Assembly: GCA_951406725.2 (NCBI GenBank)
Contig: OX597823.1
Span: forward strand, 29,698,001 to 29,762,000
Direction: 5' to 3'
DNA length: 64,000 bases
Source: Octopus vulgaris
Taxonomy: Eukaryota
Every line of letters begins with the position of its first letter. Positions within the stretch are counted from its first letter, which is position 1. Positions 38,011 to 51,762 of the stretch are shown here, one piece after another. Made by a program: the position numbers and the translations under genes. The notes under the pieces are model-generated. The model did not search any database. It was not told where the DNA came from and saw only the letters and a program-made list of their open reading frames with translations.

Positions 38011-39871
38011 GAAGAAAAAAGAGAAAGAGAGTCGATTACATCGACCCTCAGTGTTCAACTGGTACTTATTTTATCAAGCCCGAGAGGATAAAACGCTAAG
38101 TCGACCTCGTGTAGTATTGAAGTCAAAACGCAAAGGAAATGCTGGTAATCGCTTTGTCCGGCGTGCTCATGATTCTACCAATAATAACAGTGACAATAAT
38201 TTATTTATAAATGAAGCATATATACACAGTTTTCCTTTTCTGAAACATGAGCCAATTATGCTACATCGTTGCAGAAAATGTTTGATAATTTTTTAAGTAT
38301 CCAATTTTAACTCAACTCAACGTAAAAGGAGGAAGGAGCTCAGACGTGATTCTTGTACCAGGATTAACCAGCACACGACACGGATCTAGTATTTTTCATT
38401 CGCAAAATATGCATATTTTAAAAGGAAGTAAAAAAAAAAATATCTGAAAATGGGCTATGATAATGTAGTCTTTCAGTTTCATTGCTTTGAAGGTATGATG
38501 TGGAGAAAAAACAACTGGAGAAAAAAGTTACAGAGGTTTAAAAATCGAAAAACTGTATTTATAGCCAATAGCGAGACAGAAATTTTCTGCGTTTAGCGGA
38601 GCGATGTCAACTTTAAGGTTGTATCCTGTGAAATTTGTAGTTTAGCGTCTGACCTGTTCATTGCAGATTTTTAAATAAACAGAAATACCTAATAAAAAAC
38701 ATGTATCATCTTACTGTTTCTTTTGTCTCTTCATTGTGAGTGTATGTGAAAAGAGTGGGGTTCTGTCTCCAAAACTCTAAAGTTGAGTAACGTTATCATG
38801 CTTGGATTTATAAACTACGATAAGAATAACACCGGTCACCAAAGAATTTGTCCCAAGGAAAAGAATACCTGTATCTTATACGTTTTGGCATGCAGTGTTT
38901 CACTATATCCCTCCCAATTTCTGTTACGTGGGCTAAATTTCAGTTAAGCTGTTGAAATTTGAAGCTAACGGTTTAAGAAGTACTCTTAATTAAAATTTTT
39001 ATGAATAGAATTAACCTTTGCCTTTCATCCTTTCGTGGTCGATAAATTAAATACCAGTTACGCACCAGTGCGTAATCGATGTAATCGACTTAATCCGTTT
39101 GTCTGTCTTTGTTTGTCCCCTCTGTGGGTAGTAAAGAAAAATGTATTTCGTCTGTCTTTACGTTCTGAGTTCAAATTCCGCCGAGGTTGACGTTTTTCGA
39201 GGTCGATAAATTAAGTACCAATTTCGTACTGGGTTTGATCGAATCGACTGACTCCCTCCCCCAAAAATTTCGGGCCTTGTGCCTAGAGTAGAAAAGAATA
39301 TACCTAACACAGTTGCCAACACAGATATCAAAACTAACACGAAGAGCCAACTAGCACAGCTATTCAACACAGTTATCACATTTAATACAACCAACCAACG
39401 CTTCCACTATGCCTAACAGTCAGCTCACACAGCTATTGCACCTGACATGACCAGCTAATTACAACCAGCCAACACAATCGGGTTAGAACAGTTATCGTAC
39501 CTAGACAGCCAATACAACTACCATTCGTAACACTTTACACAGACGAACATCGCATCTATCGTACTCAGCAACATCAGCTAAAACACCTTATACAGCCAAC
39601 TACTTCCATTGTCCGACATGACACCTAACAAACAAGCTGTAATAATACCGCTGGAACAGGTGTTAAAGTATTTACGACTTAATGCCGAAACCTGCGATGC
39701 CCCGCTGTGTTTATGAATTAACTTCTTCCAGCTTCCCCTCGCTTTTCGGCAACCTCCACATTCCTCCTTTTGATGATTCACTTAACCTTCCCAGGCGAAT
39801 AATAATGATGACCTTACTGCGACTGAACTATTCACTGCTTCCTTCTAAATCCCCCACTACATGACGGCTAA

Positions 39872-39931
<60 letters not shown>

Positions 39932-40164
39932 CTCCCTTTCTCTTATTCTCATCTCCTTTTCTGCACCAAGAGACCTTCGCAATGTTACGGACGTAGTTAT
40001 TATTTTTGTTTTCTTCAAAAGAGACAATAAAAGAGGAAGCAGAACACACGCCTTAATCCTTTCCGCGTCTAGCGTGGCAAGTAAGTACTTCAAGGCAAGT
40101 ACCTTGGCACAGCCACCGTACCCAGCACAGCCACCGTACTTAGCACAGCCACCGTACCTAACAC

Positions 40165-40259
40165 CTTTTGCCGAACCGCTAAGTTACGGCGACGTAAACT
40201 CACAAGCATCGGTTGTCAAGCGATGTTGGGGGGACAAACACAGACACACAAACATATAC

Positions 40260-40315
<56 letters not shown>

Positions 40316-40512
40316 TTATATATATATATATATATATATACATATATATGACGGGCTTCTTTCAGTTTCCGTCTACCAAATCCACTCACAAGGCTTTGGT
40401 CGGCTCGAGGCTATAGTAAAAGACACTTGCCCAAGGTGCCACGCAGTGGGACTGAACCCGGAACCATGTGGCTGGTAAGCAAGCTACTTACCACACAGCC
40501 ACTCCTACGCCT
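40165..40512 (-). mobile_element. SINE family A, 3'-truncated
   Basis: Family match on minus strand. Confidence 0.88.
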
Positions 40513-40524
40513 ATCAGCAAAAAT

Positions 40525-40668
40525 ACGTTAGGAATGAGAACAGAGTCAAATAAAGGGTTCGGTTCGAAATTCCACTAAAACACCTGATGAAGGCTGGAGA
40601 GTACATCAGCCGAAACGTTGCGATAACAACAAACAAGGTGAGGACATATATTCGTTCATTGTAAATAA
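40525..40668 (+). mobile_element. Penelope-like terminal repeat with HHR (40579-40624)
   Basis: AACAC-CTGATGA-A-GGCTGG-agagtaca-TCAGCC-GAAAC-GTT; same family as 43350-43648. Confidence 0.7.
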
Positions 40669-40999
40669 GAGAATTTACTTAAGTTAGGCTGTAGTCTAGG
40701 ATCTTTAAGAAATGCATGAAACACACTGATTATCATTTATACGTATGTCCTTATATGATTAAGGCTTTACCACATACCGAAAATTTAGATATAGCAGCCA
40801 AGACCAACTAATTCCTTTAGCTACAAATGTAACTCTACAGATAGCAATGCTCGTAACCCACATAGGCAAACAAGAAGAAAAAACAACGAAAATAACCAGT
40901 CATTTGATTAATCCTGTACGCGTTTCGAGATTAGAATTTTAAAATTCACTTCCACTCCTCAGTATGATATTTCAATATTATAAATTTGAAAATGCTAAA

Positions 41000-41354
41000 C
41001 CGTTCCGGGTTCAGTCCCACTGCGTGGCACCTTGGGCAAGTGTCTTCTACTATAGCCTCGGGCCGACCAAAGCCTTGTGAGTAGATTTGGTAGACGGAAA
41101 CTGAAAGAAGCCCGTCGTAATATATGTATATATATGTGTGCGTGTATGTTTGTGTGTCTGTCGGTCCTCCTAGCATTGCTTGACAACCGATGCTGGTGTG
41201 TTTATGTCCCCGTAACTTAGCGATTCGGCAAAAGAGACCGATAGAATAAGTACTGGGCTTACAAAGAATAAGTCCCGAGGTCGAGTTGCTCGACTAAAGG
41301 CGGTGCTCCAGCATGGCCGCAGTCAAATGACTGAAACAAGTAAAAGAGAGTAAA

Positions 41355-41357
<3 letters not shown>
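41000..41357 (+). mobile_element. SINE family A, 5'-truncated (followed by an inverted diverged head at 41405-41552)
   Basis: Family match. Confidence 0.88.
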
Positions 41358-41407
<50 letters not shown>

Positions 41408-42806
41408 ATGGGCTTTCGCACAGTTTCCGTCTACCAAATTTACTCACGAGGCTTTTGTTGGCAGGAACTTTAGTAGATGGCACTTGCCCAATGTGCCACA
41501 TGCTGGGATTGAACCTGAAGCAACATGGTTGCAAAGCGAACTTCTTAACCATTTTCATTTTATATTTATATGTATTTTCTTTTTCCTTGAGCCCGAATTG
41601 CATCATTAAGTTCATGATTGTAGGTGAAAATTTCTAAACTAGATTGAAATAACTGACAGGGATTGATTTAATTTCTCATCCACTTTAACACTTTCGCTTG
41701 ACCCTTGGATGTTTCTGGCGTATTGACGGGGTTACAAGACTTAAAAGCCAGGTCTCTTACAATGATTCTCGGAGGCATTGAAAAAGGGGTTATGCCTGCT
41801 GAGCTCTTCTCCCTTGACTAAACCAATGAGACAAAGGTTATCCTGCTCTCTTCTTACATACAGGTTATGAGTTCAAATCCAGAGTGACTCCCGTTATTTC
41901 TTAAGGAAGATAACACACAGATATAAACTTATAGTCTTTCTAAGCGCACACCAACACTTACACGCATGTATACTCACACAAACACAAACATTCATACACA
42001 CGTGCACATTTACACATGCACGCAAGCATACACACACATTAACAAGCATATACTAACACAAACATGCTATCACTCACAGACAGACACGCATCCATGCAAG
42101 CTCAAATATACATGTATACAAAGACACACACACGCACACACACATGCATAGAATCACAGAAACACTGCCACAATCACATCACATACACATATGCACACAC
42201 ACACACAAATTTACACATACACGTACTCACACATACAAACACAAAGACATTGCCACGCACGCATTACACACACACGCAGGCACACACATATCACAGAAGC
42301 ACTGCCAACCACCCACACACACACACCACCGTACGCACTGACACACGCACACTTCGGGTTCATAAATTTTCTCTCAGCTACAAAACACGAATCGTTTGTC
42401 ATTCGGTACATTGACCTTTACAAAGTATCCCACAATCCCACAACACAGCGGAAGTGGGTTTATTATCTTCCTCTCTCATCAAAGGGACCAATGCATCACA
42501 CCTTTTCTTTTTTCTTTTTTTCAAGAAACGTGAAACCCACTCCTTAATTCTTTAATTACAACATGTTTCCTCTAACCATTAGCGAAAACAACACAAACAT
42601 TTGGTCGACGTGGGAACTGTCATATGATCTGTTGACAATGTTGGTAGTAGCAGTAAAATATTGCGCTTATACAGCGACAATACAAGCAACATTAAGTTCA
42701 TTCGAGAAGGAGCTCTGGAATAGCTCAGCCACATAGGAATGCCGGATTTTCTCCGTGTTAGCGAGGATTTTTCAGTTTTCCATTTTTTTTTTTTGCATCA
42801 TTCATA

Positions 42807-43196
42807 GGCGTAGGAGTGGCTGTGTGGTAAGTAGGTTGCTTACCAACCAGATGGTTCCGGGTTCTGTCCCACTGCGTGGCACCTTGGGCAAGTGTCTTCT
42901 ACTATAGCCACGGGCTAACCAAAGTCATTTGAATGGATTTGGTAGACGGAAACTGAAAGAAGGCCGCCGTATATATATATGTGTGTGTGTGTGTGTGTAT
43001 GTGTGTGTGTGTTAGTATGTTTGTGTGTTTGTCTCCCAACATCGGTTGACAACCGATGCTGGTGTGTTTACGTCCCCGTAACTTAGCGGTTCGGCAAATG
43101 CGACTGGTAGAATAAGTACTAAGCTTACAAAGAATTGCTCGACTAAAGGCGGTGCTCCAGCATGGCCACAATCAAATGACTGAAACAAGTAAAAGA
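42807..43196 (+). mobile_element. SINE family A, full length
   Basis: Family match. Confidence 0.9.
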
Positions 43197-43349
43197 CTAT
43201 TCACTTCAAAATGACGGGAATAAAATTTTTAAGGGAACAAATTTTAATAAGCGTTATTTTTGTCACAGAATGAGTGAAATAACTTAGTATTCGTTGAAAG
43301 CCATGAAAAATAATTACAGTTCTATATTTAAGAGATGAGGAAATATTAC

Positions 43350-43648
43350 ATTATTTACATTTGACGGATATTTGTCCTCATCTTGTTGTTAACACAACGT
43401 TTCGGTTGATATACCCTCCAGCCTTCCTCAGGTGTCTTGGGAAAATTTCGAACCTGAATAATAATAATAATAACAATAACAACAACAACAATAATTAATA
43501 ATAATAACATTGAAAAATACCTTAGGAATGAGAACCTAGATTTGAAATTTCCCCAAGACATCTGATGAAGGTTGGAGGGTATATCAGCCGAAACGTTGTG
43601 TTAACATCAAACAAGATGAGGACAAATATCCGTCAAATGTAAATAATG
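43350..43648. mobile_element. Inverted pair of Penelope-like terminal repeats, each with an HHR (minus 43391-43436; plus 43557-43602)
   Basis: GACAY-CTGA(T/G)GA-A-GGYTGG-agggtata-TCARCC-GAAAC-GTT-GTGTT on both strands; arms ~107 bp around an (AAT/AAC)n spacer. Confidence 0.8.
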
Positions 43649-43789
43649 AAAATTTATTATTTTGGAATTATCCACTACCAGCACCACCAGTACCGCCCTC
43701 AGCACAGCAATCGCCATTACAATTCTGCCCCCACCCTTTTTTAAAGCAGAAAATTAAACATGATTTTTTTTTTAACGCAAGGAAAGATA

Positions 43790-44394
43790 AATCGGTACTT
43801 TTTCGTTATCTCACCCCCATTAAAAATTTTCCATAAAAAAATTAGGTTATCTCTCCACTAAAAAATGGAGTTTATGTGGCGTCAAGAGATTAAATTAAAA
43901 GGATTAGATCCTTTTGATTCAATACTTCAACACATTGTGGACGTTTGGCCCCTTTATAGGCATGTTATGATTTGTTATAAAAATGTTATTAAATTTGTAG
44001 TGGCTTCATGCAAGCATGGCGTGGATTCGATCCTCGATCGCCAAGAAGGCATCTGGTAAACGTAACTACTGTCACTCACAGAAACACTATTATTCTACCG
44101 TGAGAAAAGTGTTGTTGAACTGCTAAGTGAAATTTGGTGATCGAGGATCGAATCCACGCCATGCCTGCATAAAGTCACTACAGATTCAATAAGATGCTTA
44201 ATCTTTTCAGCTTTCCTTTTTATTTTTTTCGCTTTCTTGTTTATTAACTTTTTCATTTTTTTTTCTTTGTTTTATTGAGGCTTAAACAATTTTTTTAGTT
44301 CGGGGAGAGAAGCAAAAGTACCGATTTTTTTCATAAAACGGGGGAAATTAACCAACTTTTTAATGCGGGGTAAGATAACCAAAACGTACCGATT
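43790..44394 (+). mobile_element. Non-autonomous Merlin (IS1595/ISXO2-like) DNA transposon derivative
   Basis: Imperfect TIRs AATCGGTAC(T/G)TTT..GTTATCT..CCCC..ATTAAAAA. EFMWRQEIKLKGLDPFDSILQHIVDVWP resembles the Merlin transposase C-terminus. Partial second copy at 50340-50478; no TSD recognised. Confidence 0.6.
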
Positions 44395-46239
44395 GTAAAT
44401 TTATACAATCGTGAAACCATATTCGCCCTATATTTATGAATTTTTTTTTCCAACACCAACTCAAAATGATACATGTAAATTAAGTACAGTGAAGCGAAGC
44501 AAGTTTACGGCTTCTTTCAGTTTCTGCCTACCAAATCCATTAACAAGGCTTTGGTCGGCTCGAGGCTATAATAGAAGACACTTGCCCAAGGTGCCACGCA
44601 GTGGGACTGAACCTGGAACAATGTGGCCGGTAAGCAAGCTACTTACCACACAGTTTTACTAGGAGATGGTCATATTTTGCCTATTAAACACACGCACTGT
44701 TTGGTCTATACTTCATCTTTCGAGGTCGACTTCGCCTTTCATCCTTTCGGGGGTCGATAAACTAAGTACCGGTGAAACACTCGGGTCGATGTAATCGATT
44801 AGTCCCCCCCACCACCACCACCAAAAAAAATTTCAGGCCTTGTCCTTACAGTAGAAAGGATTATTATCATCATTTTAGTTTCTTTGTCAAAGCTCTTTCG
44901 TCTCACCTCCTGTGACCTCTTCAACGACTCCCCATCCCACGTGTCTCTTCTTGTTCTGCTTAGTCCACTTCATCTTGATTCGGTCGTGGGTTGGGTAGGT
45001 ACGAATATTAATGATTTTACAAACAAAAACGTGGATTATTTCTCTCATTCTATGAGGGCACGTGACGCGGGAGCGGGGATTTCCAAAATAATGCATTTGT
45101 ATAGATTCTAGCAATTCTATTTTTTTAAAAATGGTTTCTCCCAAAGTTTTTAAGTGCGGATTACAAAATCATTGGGAAATGTCCCTTCTGAGGGCCTCGA
45201 GAAGGAGTGACGGAGGGGAAGCATAAATTTTCAAAATTCTTTTTCATAAGAAGATTCTATCCCCACCCCCCATTGTTTTGAAGTGTGTGGTGAAAAATAT
45301 ATGAAAAATCCCCGTCAAAACAGGAAAAAAATCAGCTTATGTGGGCGAATATTCCAGACCTCCGCCGAAAGAACACTAAGCATGTTGTCCTACAGTTTAG
45401 CAATTTCACCATTCCACTGCTTTGAACTGGAACTTTATTTTATCGACCCTGAAAGGATGAAAGGTAAAGCTGACATCGGCGAGGTTTGAACCTGAAGAGC
45501 CAAGCCAAATATCACTATGTACTTGTCTAATGGTTTAAAGATTCTGTTAATCGACAATCTAAAACGCACGCACACGCGCACACAAACACTCACACACACG
45601 CGCTCACACACATACACACGCACGCACACACACACACATACACACACACACACACGCACTCAGATATACACACGCAAACACACACACATAAATGGAGACA
45701 GAGAGAAAAGAAATCTAAAATCATAAGTATAAACAAGTAATAAAAAAAGCATTTAGATATTTCTGCGGATTAGTTTATCCAACATTACTCTGTTAATCCT
45801 CTAATTCAAACCATCCAGGAGCCAGTTGCCGTCACCTTCTTTCATAACAAAGCTTTGTACAAGATATACATGTATAGATTATGTACAGTACGAATATATA
45901 TGTATATATATAAATGTATGTATGTATATATGTAGCGAATAGCTACCAACTTCCTAAGCTAGAATTCGAAACTTAATCCACAGTTTCAGAGACAAATCCT
46001 CGGCCAATTGTTCTAGCCTTTTGCACCAAGAGATTAACGAAAATAAGCTGACCTCTTGATCTTTCTCGGGGAATTCATCGATCGCAGTTGAATAGAGATA
46101 AGAAATCCTGTTTTTGTTTGACCTAATTTAGTTGCGAAGAATATTAATACAGAAAACCAAACAGCTTTCTTTATCTTTAGGTCGACCCGTCTTTTGGTCA
46201 AAGAGTAACTCTTTCAATATACAGATTAGCGCATGAGAG

Positions 46240-48480
46240 TAGAACCAACATCGTGCTGGCAGAAGAAAGGGTGGGACTGCCATGTATGTTTATAATTCTT
46301 TCTCAACGGAGGCTATGAACATATTTTCTAATGGATAGTAGTTGGGCTCTACAGGCCACCCCAAACGCACCTACTATGCTTCAAGGAATGCCTCAGCAAC
46401 ATAAAGTGTTTCATCCAGCAGTGTCAACCTGACATCATTTTAATGATGGGTGACTTCAACCTCCCGGGGTTGATTGGTCTACAAACAGTCTGCCGCCAGG
46501 TTCTTATGTCTCAACCTCTGACAGGGAGGCAGCGGAATCGCTTTTTTACTTCATGGATGATTTCTTCCTGTCCCAACTGGCGCTCGAACCAACGAGATGT
46601 CTCAAAAACGTCCTAGACCTAATTTTCAGCAATCACACTGACACTATCCACAATATTGCAGCGGAGAAAACTCTACTCTCTGATCATGACATGGTTCTCT
46701 GTGATCTGAGATTTCACTGGCCAAAATGCAAAACAAATGTCGCCCCTCCTGTCCATCCATTTGACACTATGGATTTTCGCAACGCAAACTGGGAAGCGAT
46801 CTGTCATGATCTTGCACATGTGGACTGGTTCTTCACGCACACATACACACCCACTAACACCAAAAAACTCCTGGCAGTCATTTGTAGACACCATAACAAA
46901 CATATGTGCAAAACACAACCCATTAAGATCTGTAAATAAATCTAAGTGCAGAATCCCTAGAAATAGAAAAACACTCATCAGGAAAATTAAAAGAACTAAC
47001 AAAAAAATCAACAAGCTGAAATACTGTCAACAGCAACACACCAACCTGACTGCCATCACGTCACTAGAGATTAAAAAACATAACCTCCAAAACAACATGA
47101 TGTCTATCATCAATAGTCAGAGAAGAGCTGAAGAGGCCTGGGCCACTGAGAAGATCAAACTTAATCCCAAAGTGTTCTTTTCATTTGCAAAAAACACAAA
47201 GTCTTTGGCTCTATTGTTGGCCCTCCGATGAAAATGGCACCCTTCAAGACAACGCCAAACTATGGGAGAGATGCTGCAGAAACAATATTGCTCTGTTTTC
47301 AGCAATCCTGAAATGGCTGATCTGGACTCTATCAATGATGTTACTCCCCAATACACTCTTATCGGACATAACCTTTGGTGCCTCTGATGTCTTAGCAGCA
47401 ATAAAGGAAATCAAGCATAATTCAGCAGTAGGTCCCGATAGGTTCCCTGCTTGTGTCTTGAAGATGTATCAAAACCAATTTGCATCCCACTAGCCAATCT
47501 GTGGCAGAACTCACTGGATGCTGGATATATACCAGAAAACCTTCTATCCCAGTCTATTGTCTCAGTTTTCAAGAAAGGAAACAAATCCCTTGCCGTGAAT
47601 TACCGTCCAATCTCGCTCACCTCTCATATTATTAAAGTATTTGAGAGAGTGGTGAGATCGCGAATGACTCACTTCCTTGAGAGTCATAATATGCTGAACT
47701 CCAACCAGCATGGATTCCGTAATGGAAGGGATTGCCTGACGCAGCTACTGCATCATTTTGATGATGTTTTGAGAGCTTTGGGAGAGGGTTCCAACACTGA
47801 GGTTATCTACTTTGATTTCAGCAAGGCCTTTGACAGGGTTGATCATAAGATCCTTTTGAGAAAGCTGTCCAATATTGGTGTCACTGGAAAGCTGCTGCAG
47901 TGGATCAAGTGCATCCTGTCAAACAGAACCCAACATCTTGTAGTCGAAGGAGTCAAATCCAGCCCAGCCAAAGTCAGTACTGGTGTCTTACAAGGCACTG
48001 TGTTGGGACCCACTTCTCTTCATCATCTATATTAATGACATTACTGATATCATCAAACACAGTAACATCAGAGTCTTCACTGATGATTCCAAGCGCCAGA
48101 AGGTCATCAATGGCCTGGATGACCGGATAAGCCTTCAGTCAGACCTACTGGCTGTTGTCCAATGGGTGGAAAAGAACATGTTGCTAAACGAAGACAAATT
48201 CGAACTGATTCACTTTGGAAGGGAGGATGCTCTGAAACTCTCATACTCCCTTCCTTCTGGTGAAATTCTCATGGCATTTAACAACATCAGAGACTTGGGA
48301 GTAACTGTGGACAACAACATAAGTTGGGCTAATCATATAAGCAGCAAAGTTGACATGGCCCGCAGAATGTGTTCCTGGATTCTCAGAACCTTCCAATCGA
48401 GAGATTCCCACACCATTACCCTTCTCTTCTCCGCTTTTGCCCGACCCCACCTTGAATACTGCTGAGCACTGTGCTCTCCC
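46240..48480 (+). pseudogene. Older frameshifted CR1-like LINE ORF2 (APE endonuclease + RT), same family as 20212-21238, 3'-truncated
   Basis: MGDFNL, LDLIFSN, SDHDMV, NYRPISLTS, QHGFRNGRDC, DFSKAFDRVDH, QGTVLGP, FTDDSK, RPHLEYC; multiple frameshifts. Confidence 0.9.
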
Positions 48481-49303
48481 TACACGAAACACGAGAAAAT
48501 TAAAAAATATTTTTGTTGTTTTTGTAAAATCTCAGAAAATAATTAAAAATTCACATTTTTTATCAAATTATTTTGTTATATTTGTCTATCTGTCCAACTG
48601 TAAACATTTTAAATATTTCACTAACTTTTGGTAAAAGGGTACCTATTTTGCCAAAAATTGCCAAAATTTTCAACTATTTTTGTTCTATTTACAATTTATT
48701 TTATTTCATCGGTTTTCAGTCAACCAACCGTAATCGAGACAAAGAAATTCAAAGAATTGTTAACCGATTAGATTAAGTAAAAGATTAAAAATAATCCCTC
48801 CCCAATCCCCGTAAGATTTAAACTACTGCAATATTAATAAATAACGGAGAAGAAAGCTTACCACGTTTCTCTCTTAGTCAGCGAAGTATCCTACATTCAA
48901 AAACATATAATACGTTTGTACATATTAGTATGTTTAAATGGAAAAAAATTTAATATGTACATATATATATATATTTATAAATAAGGATAATATCGATATT
49001 TAAATATCGATATTATCAAGTGGCCAGCATGGGAAAAATACCATACAAAGGTAATAATTTTTTTACAACTAAAAATAAGGGTGTCTGAGAGACACCACCA
49101 TGCCGAAATAGCAGTCAAAACCCTGACTCTAAGAACCACGTTAAATGTTCAAAAGTGACCGATAGAATAAGTACTAGGCTAACAAAGAATAAGTCCTGGG
49201 GTCGATTGGCTCGACTAAAGGCGGTGCTCCTGCATGGCCACAGTCAAATGACTTAAACAAGTAAAAGAGTAAAAGAGTATATGTAAAGATATACAAGAGA
49301 AAG

Positions 49304-49652
49304 TGGAGCCGCACTGGCCCAGTGGTTAGGGCAGCGGACTCGCGGTCGTAGGATTGCGGTTTCGATTCCCAGACCAGGCGTTGTGAGTGTTTATTGAGCG
49401 AAAACATCTAAAGCTCCGGCAGGGAGTGGTGGCGAACCCTGCTGTACTCTTTCTTCCTGCTTCTGTTGTACCTGTATTTCAAAGTGGCTAGCCTTGTCAC
49501 ACTCTGTGTCACGCTGAATCTCTCCGAGAACTACGTTAAGGGTAAACGTGTCTGTGGGATGCTCAGCCACTTGCACGGTATTTTCGCGAGCAGACTATTC
49601 CGTTGATTGGATCAATTCGAACCCTCGTCGTCGTAACCGACGGAGTGGCACA
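49304..49652 (+). mobile_element. SINE family C with internal deletions
   Basis: Family match. Confidence 0.85.
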
Positions 49653-49726
49653 AGATAAAAAGGTATAGCTGCTGGGGCGTGTGTGCGATGTGTGTGTGTA
49701 CACACTTGGAAGCAGCTATACCTTGT

Positions 49727-49950
49727 GGCGAGCTGGCAGAATTGTTAGCACGCTGGGTGAAATGCTTAGTGTTTTGCCTCCCGTAACGTTCTGAGTTCAA
49801 ATTCCGCCGAGGCCGACTTTGCCTTTCTTCCTTTCGGGGTCGATTAAAAAAGTACCAGTTACGCACTGGGGTCGATGTAATCGACTTAATTCCTTTGTCT
49901 GTCCTTGTTTGTGCCCTCTATGTTTAGCCCCATGTGGACAATAAAGAAAT
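49727..49950 (+). mobile_element. SINE family B
   Basis: Family match. Confidence 0.87.
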
Positions 49951-50056
49951 ATACACCTTGTTTTTTCTTATGATTTGTTTCTAGCCGCTATGTTAGGGGA
50001 CGAAACCACATAAACACCGTGTGCCAAGCGGTAGTGAGGGACAAACGCAGACTCAA

Positions 50057-50088
<32 letters not shown>

Positions 50089-50567
50089 ACACACACACAC
50101 ACATACATACACACATACATACACACACACCATAGTAGAAGACTCCTGCCGAAGAATCCTTTAAGTGGGACGGAACCTAGAAGCATGTCGTCGGGAAGCA
50201 AGCTTCTTGCCACACAGCCACCGACTCGTTAATTGAGAATGACTCCACCCAACACCAACACTGATTGACTGTATTTACACGGATACAAAACAAGTGAAAA
50301 CCAAACACACAACCAGACAATACACGAAAAGCCTTGTGTGTACCTTTTGGCTATCTCACCCCCATTAAAAAATTGCCATTAAAAAAACTGAGTTATCTCC
50401 CCCACTAGACTATTGAATTTATGTGGTGACAAGAGATTGGATAAAAAGGGACAGATCCTTTTGATTCAATACTTCAACTTTTATCCTTTACTGGTTTCAG
50501 CCCAGGGCTGAGGTCATGCTGGTGCACCACCTACATACATACATACATACATACATACATACATACA

Positions 50568-50599
<32 letters not shown>

Positions 50600-50600
<1 letters not shown>

Positions 50601-50945
50601 TATGGCTGCCCCCTCGTTATCGAGTATGGCCATTGCACGAAGCTTAACTCTTACTGGTGCTGTGCTCGAATGTGACTTTTTAGCCCAGCTAAAGATCTAT
50701 AATGTCTTGTACAGAATTGGCAACTAATACCATTACCGGTAATAGCCGGCTGTAGTTGTAACTGCGCTTCATGTACCTTTGCAAGTCGTTTAAGTCATCC
50801 TGCCGAATTACACTCTCTTCCACATGCCCGACAGATATGATTAGTATGGTGTTTAACACCACCACCAGTGGCCAGGTTGTCACTCATCTATCTCGTTTTA
50901 TGACTACGAAGATGACTCTTGAGTCCAGCTTTACTGAGGCACATA
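50600..50945 (-). mobile_element. RTE-like LINE 3' end with three C2H2 zinc fingers, flanked by (CATA)n
   Basis: Minus: CLSKAGLKSHLRSH; CRACGRECNSAG*LKRLAKVH; CQFCTRHYRSLAGLKSHIRAQH; tail ATGGCCATACTCGATAACGAGGGGGCAGCCAT. Confidence 0.7.
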
Positions 50946-51017
50946 CATATACATACATACATACATACATACATACATACATACATACATACATACATAC
51001 ATACATACATACATACA

Positions 51018-51155
<138 letters not shown>

Positions 51156-51404
51156 GGGTGTGTGGTAAGAAGCTTGCTTCCCAAATACATGGTTCTGGGT
51201 TCAGTGCCACTTTGTAGCCTTGGGCCGACCAAAGCCTTCTGAGTGGATTTGGTGCACGGAAACTGAAAGAAGCCCGTCGTATATATATATATATATATAT
51301 ATAGTTAATCCAAACACGAAAACACAAAGAGAAAACACAACAACGCGAGGACGTGGAACAAATATAGTATTATTGGACACTCAGGAAGGAAGGGAAGAAG
51401 GGGG

Positions 51405-51439
51405 GTTTAACGTTTCGAGCGGAGCTCTTCGTCAGAAAC
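51405..51439 (-). ncRNA. Minimal type I hammerhead, canonical core (decayed copy at 54071-54103)
   Basis: Minus: GTTT-CTGACGA-A-GAGC-tcc-GCTC-GAAAC-GTT-AAAC, within a Penelope-like terminal repeat (~51300-51510). Confidence 0.72.
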
Positions 51440-51715
51440 AGGAAAAGGAAAGACCCAGAGCAGGCAAGACGGAGTAAAAAAAATCGCCAACGGTATACAC
51501 GCGGTCACATATATATACCGATGTATATTTAGTGTGTACATGTGTGTGTGCGTTGTTATTAGAGTGTGACCATGCTGGAGTATGGATACTGTTTACTCAA
51601 TCTTATCGGCGGAAGTACTTAACTCTCTAGTAGACTTTTGATCGACTGTCTTTGACGAACCGCCAAGGCATAGGATTAAGGATAAACATCAGAGACACAT
51701 AATGCACAGATAAAT

Positions 51716-51762
<47 letters not shown>

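Noticed and set aside
40107-40162. CRISPR-like array
   Set aside because: Contiguous tandem repeats without spacers; eukaryotic context.
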